Below are positions 63,459 to 64,000 of a stretch of DNA of 64,000 bases, piece after piece. A program made the translations under genes and the position numbers. This stretch comes from Klebsormidium nitens (taxonomy: Eukaryota > Plantae > Klebsormidiophyceae): NCBI GenBank assembly GCA_000708835.1, contig DF237233.1:1-64000 (forward strand), in the 5' to 3' direction. The notes under the pieces are model-generated. The model saw only the letters and a program-made list of their open reading frames with translations. It did not search any database and was not told the DNA's origin. Each line of letters begins with the position of its first letter. Positions within the stretch are counted from its first letter, which is position 1.

Positions 63459-64000
63459 CTAGTAAACGACGGTGCAATTGAGTCAGCCGCTGAAAAGAAG
63501 AGCTCGTACCTACGAACGTCCCGTTGCACTTTCTGAGTTGCACCAGGGTGACCAGTCCTCTTCACACAAACGACATCTAATTCAGATACAAAATGATCCA
63601 GCATTCACGGACCAATTCTGTGACTTCAATCAGCGACCATCTCATAGTATTGACAACAGGGCACACAAGGGGTCCGTGAATCATAGAAGGGTCAGAGCTG
63701 GAGTTACCTCAAGCTGCTCGAAGGTGCTGGAACATAGGGGATTAATTGACAAGGGCCAAGGCATGCAACCCAAAGAAACACATTTGCTCAAACCCCAACT
63801 TTTTCTTCTGCATTTTGCTCCATCAGTCCTACGTTTTCAGATGCTACTCAGACACTTCCTTCTGCTTGTCAAAGCAACAGAGGCAAACTTTGGATCAGCC
63901 AACCATAGTGCAAAGCAGCGTGACCAACAAGTTTGCATCTTATGTATCCCGCACATCGCCGCGCACCTTTGACTTTTCCGCAAATCTCGTTCTCCAAGAG

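Noticed and set aside
61786-63462. Long plus-strand ORFs (194-302 aa)
   Set aside because: They are antisense shadows of the GC-rich, low-complexity BRCT exon.

Overview
Eukaryotic scaffold segment with spliceosomal introns and three N gaps. The style fits a streptophyte green alga such as Klebsormidium, but that is inference only. Two intact genes sit at the edges, both on the minus strand: an intronless F-box protein running off the left end (1-1357) and a multi-exon tandem-BRCT protein of the MDC1/PTIP-like (plant BCP3/BCP4-type) class at 54416->63458, whose 5' exons lie further upstream. The ~52 kb between them contains no intact gene I can recognise. Much of it is one ancient, hierarchically amplified repeat family. 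A ~0.23-0.3 kb monomer (core CATC[A/C]TTGCC, read on the plus strand as ...G[ND]LxAxLLxI[IL]AV...) is grouped into 0.85, 1.2 and 2.5 kb higher-order units, which are grouped again into 6.5-9 kb blocks. Older copies (12-23 kb) show synonymous divergence and open frames, pointing to a dead repeat-protein gene. The young block (30-53.6 kb) appears to have amplified after frameshifts were fixed. Relic monomers also lie antisense inside the BRCT gene introns. The region carries two TIR non-autonomous elements, a probable solo LTR with a 5-bp TSD, another insertion across a gap, and a tandem stack of exon-fragment copies with retained splice sites around the first BRCT exon. No CRISPR, rRNA or tRNA was seen.
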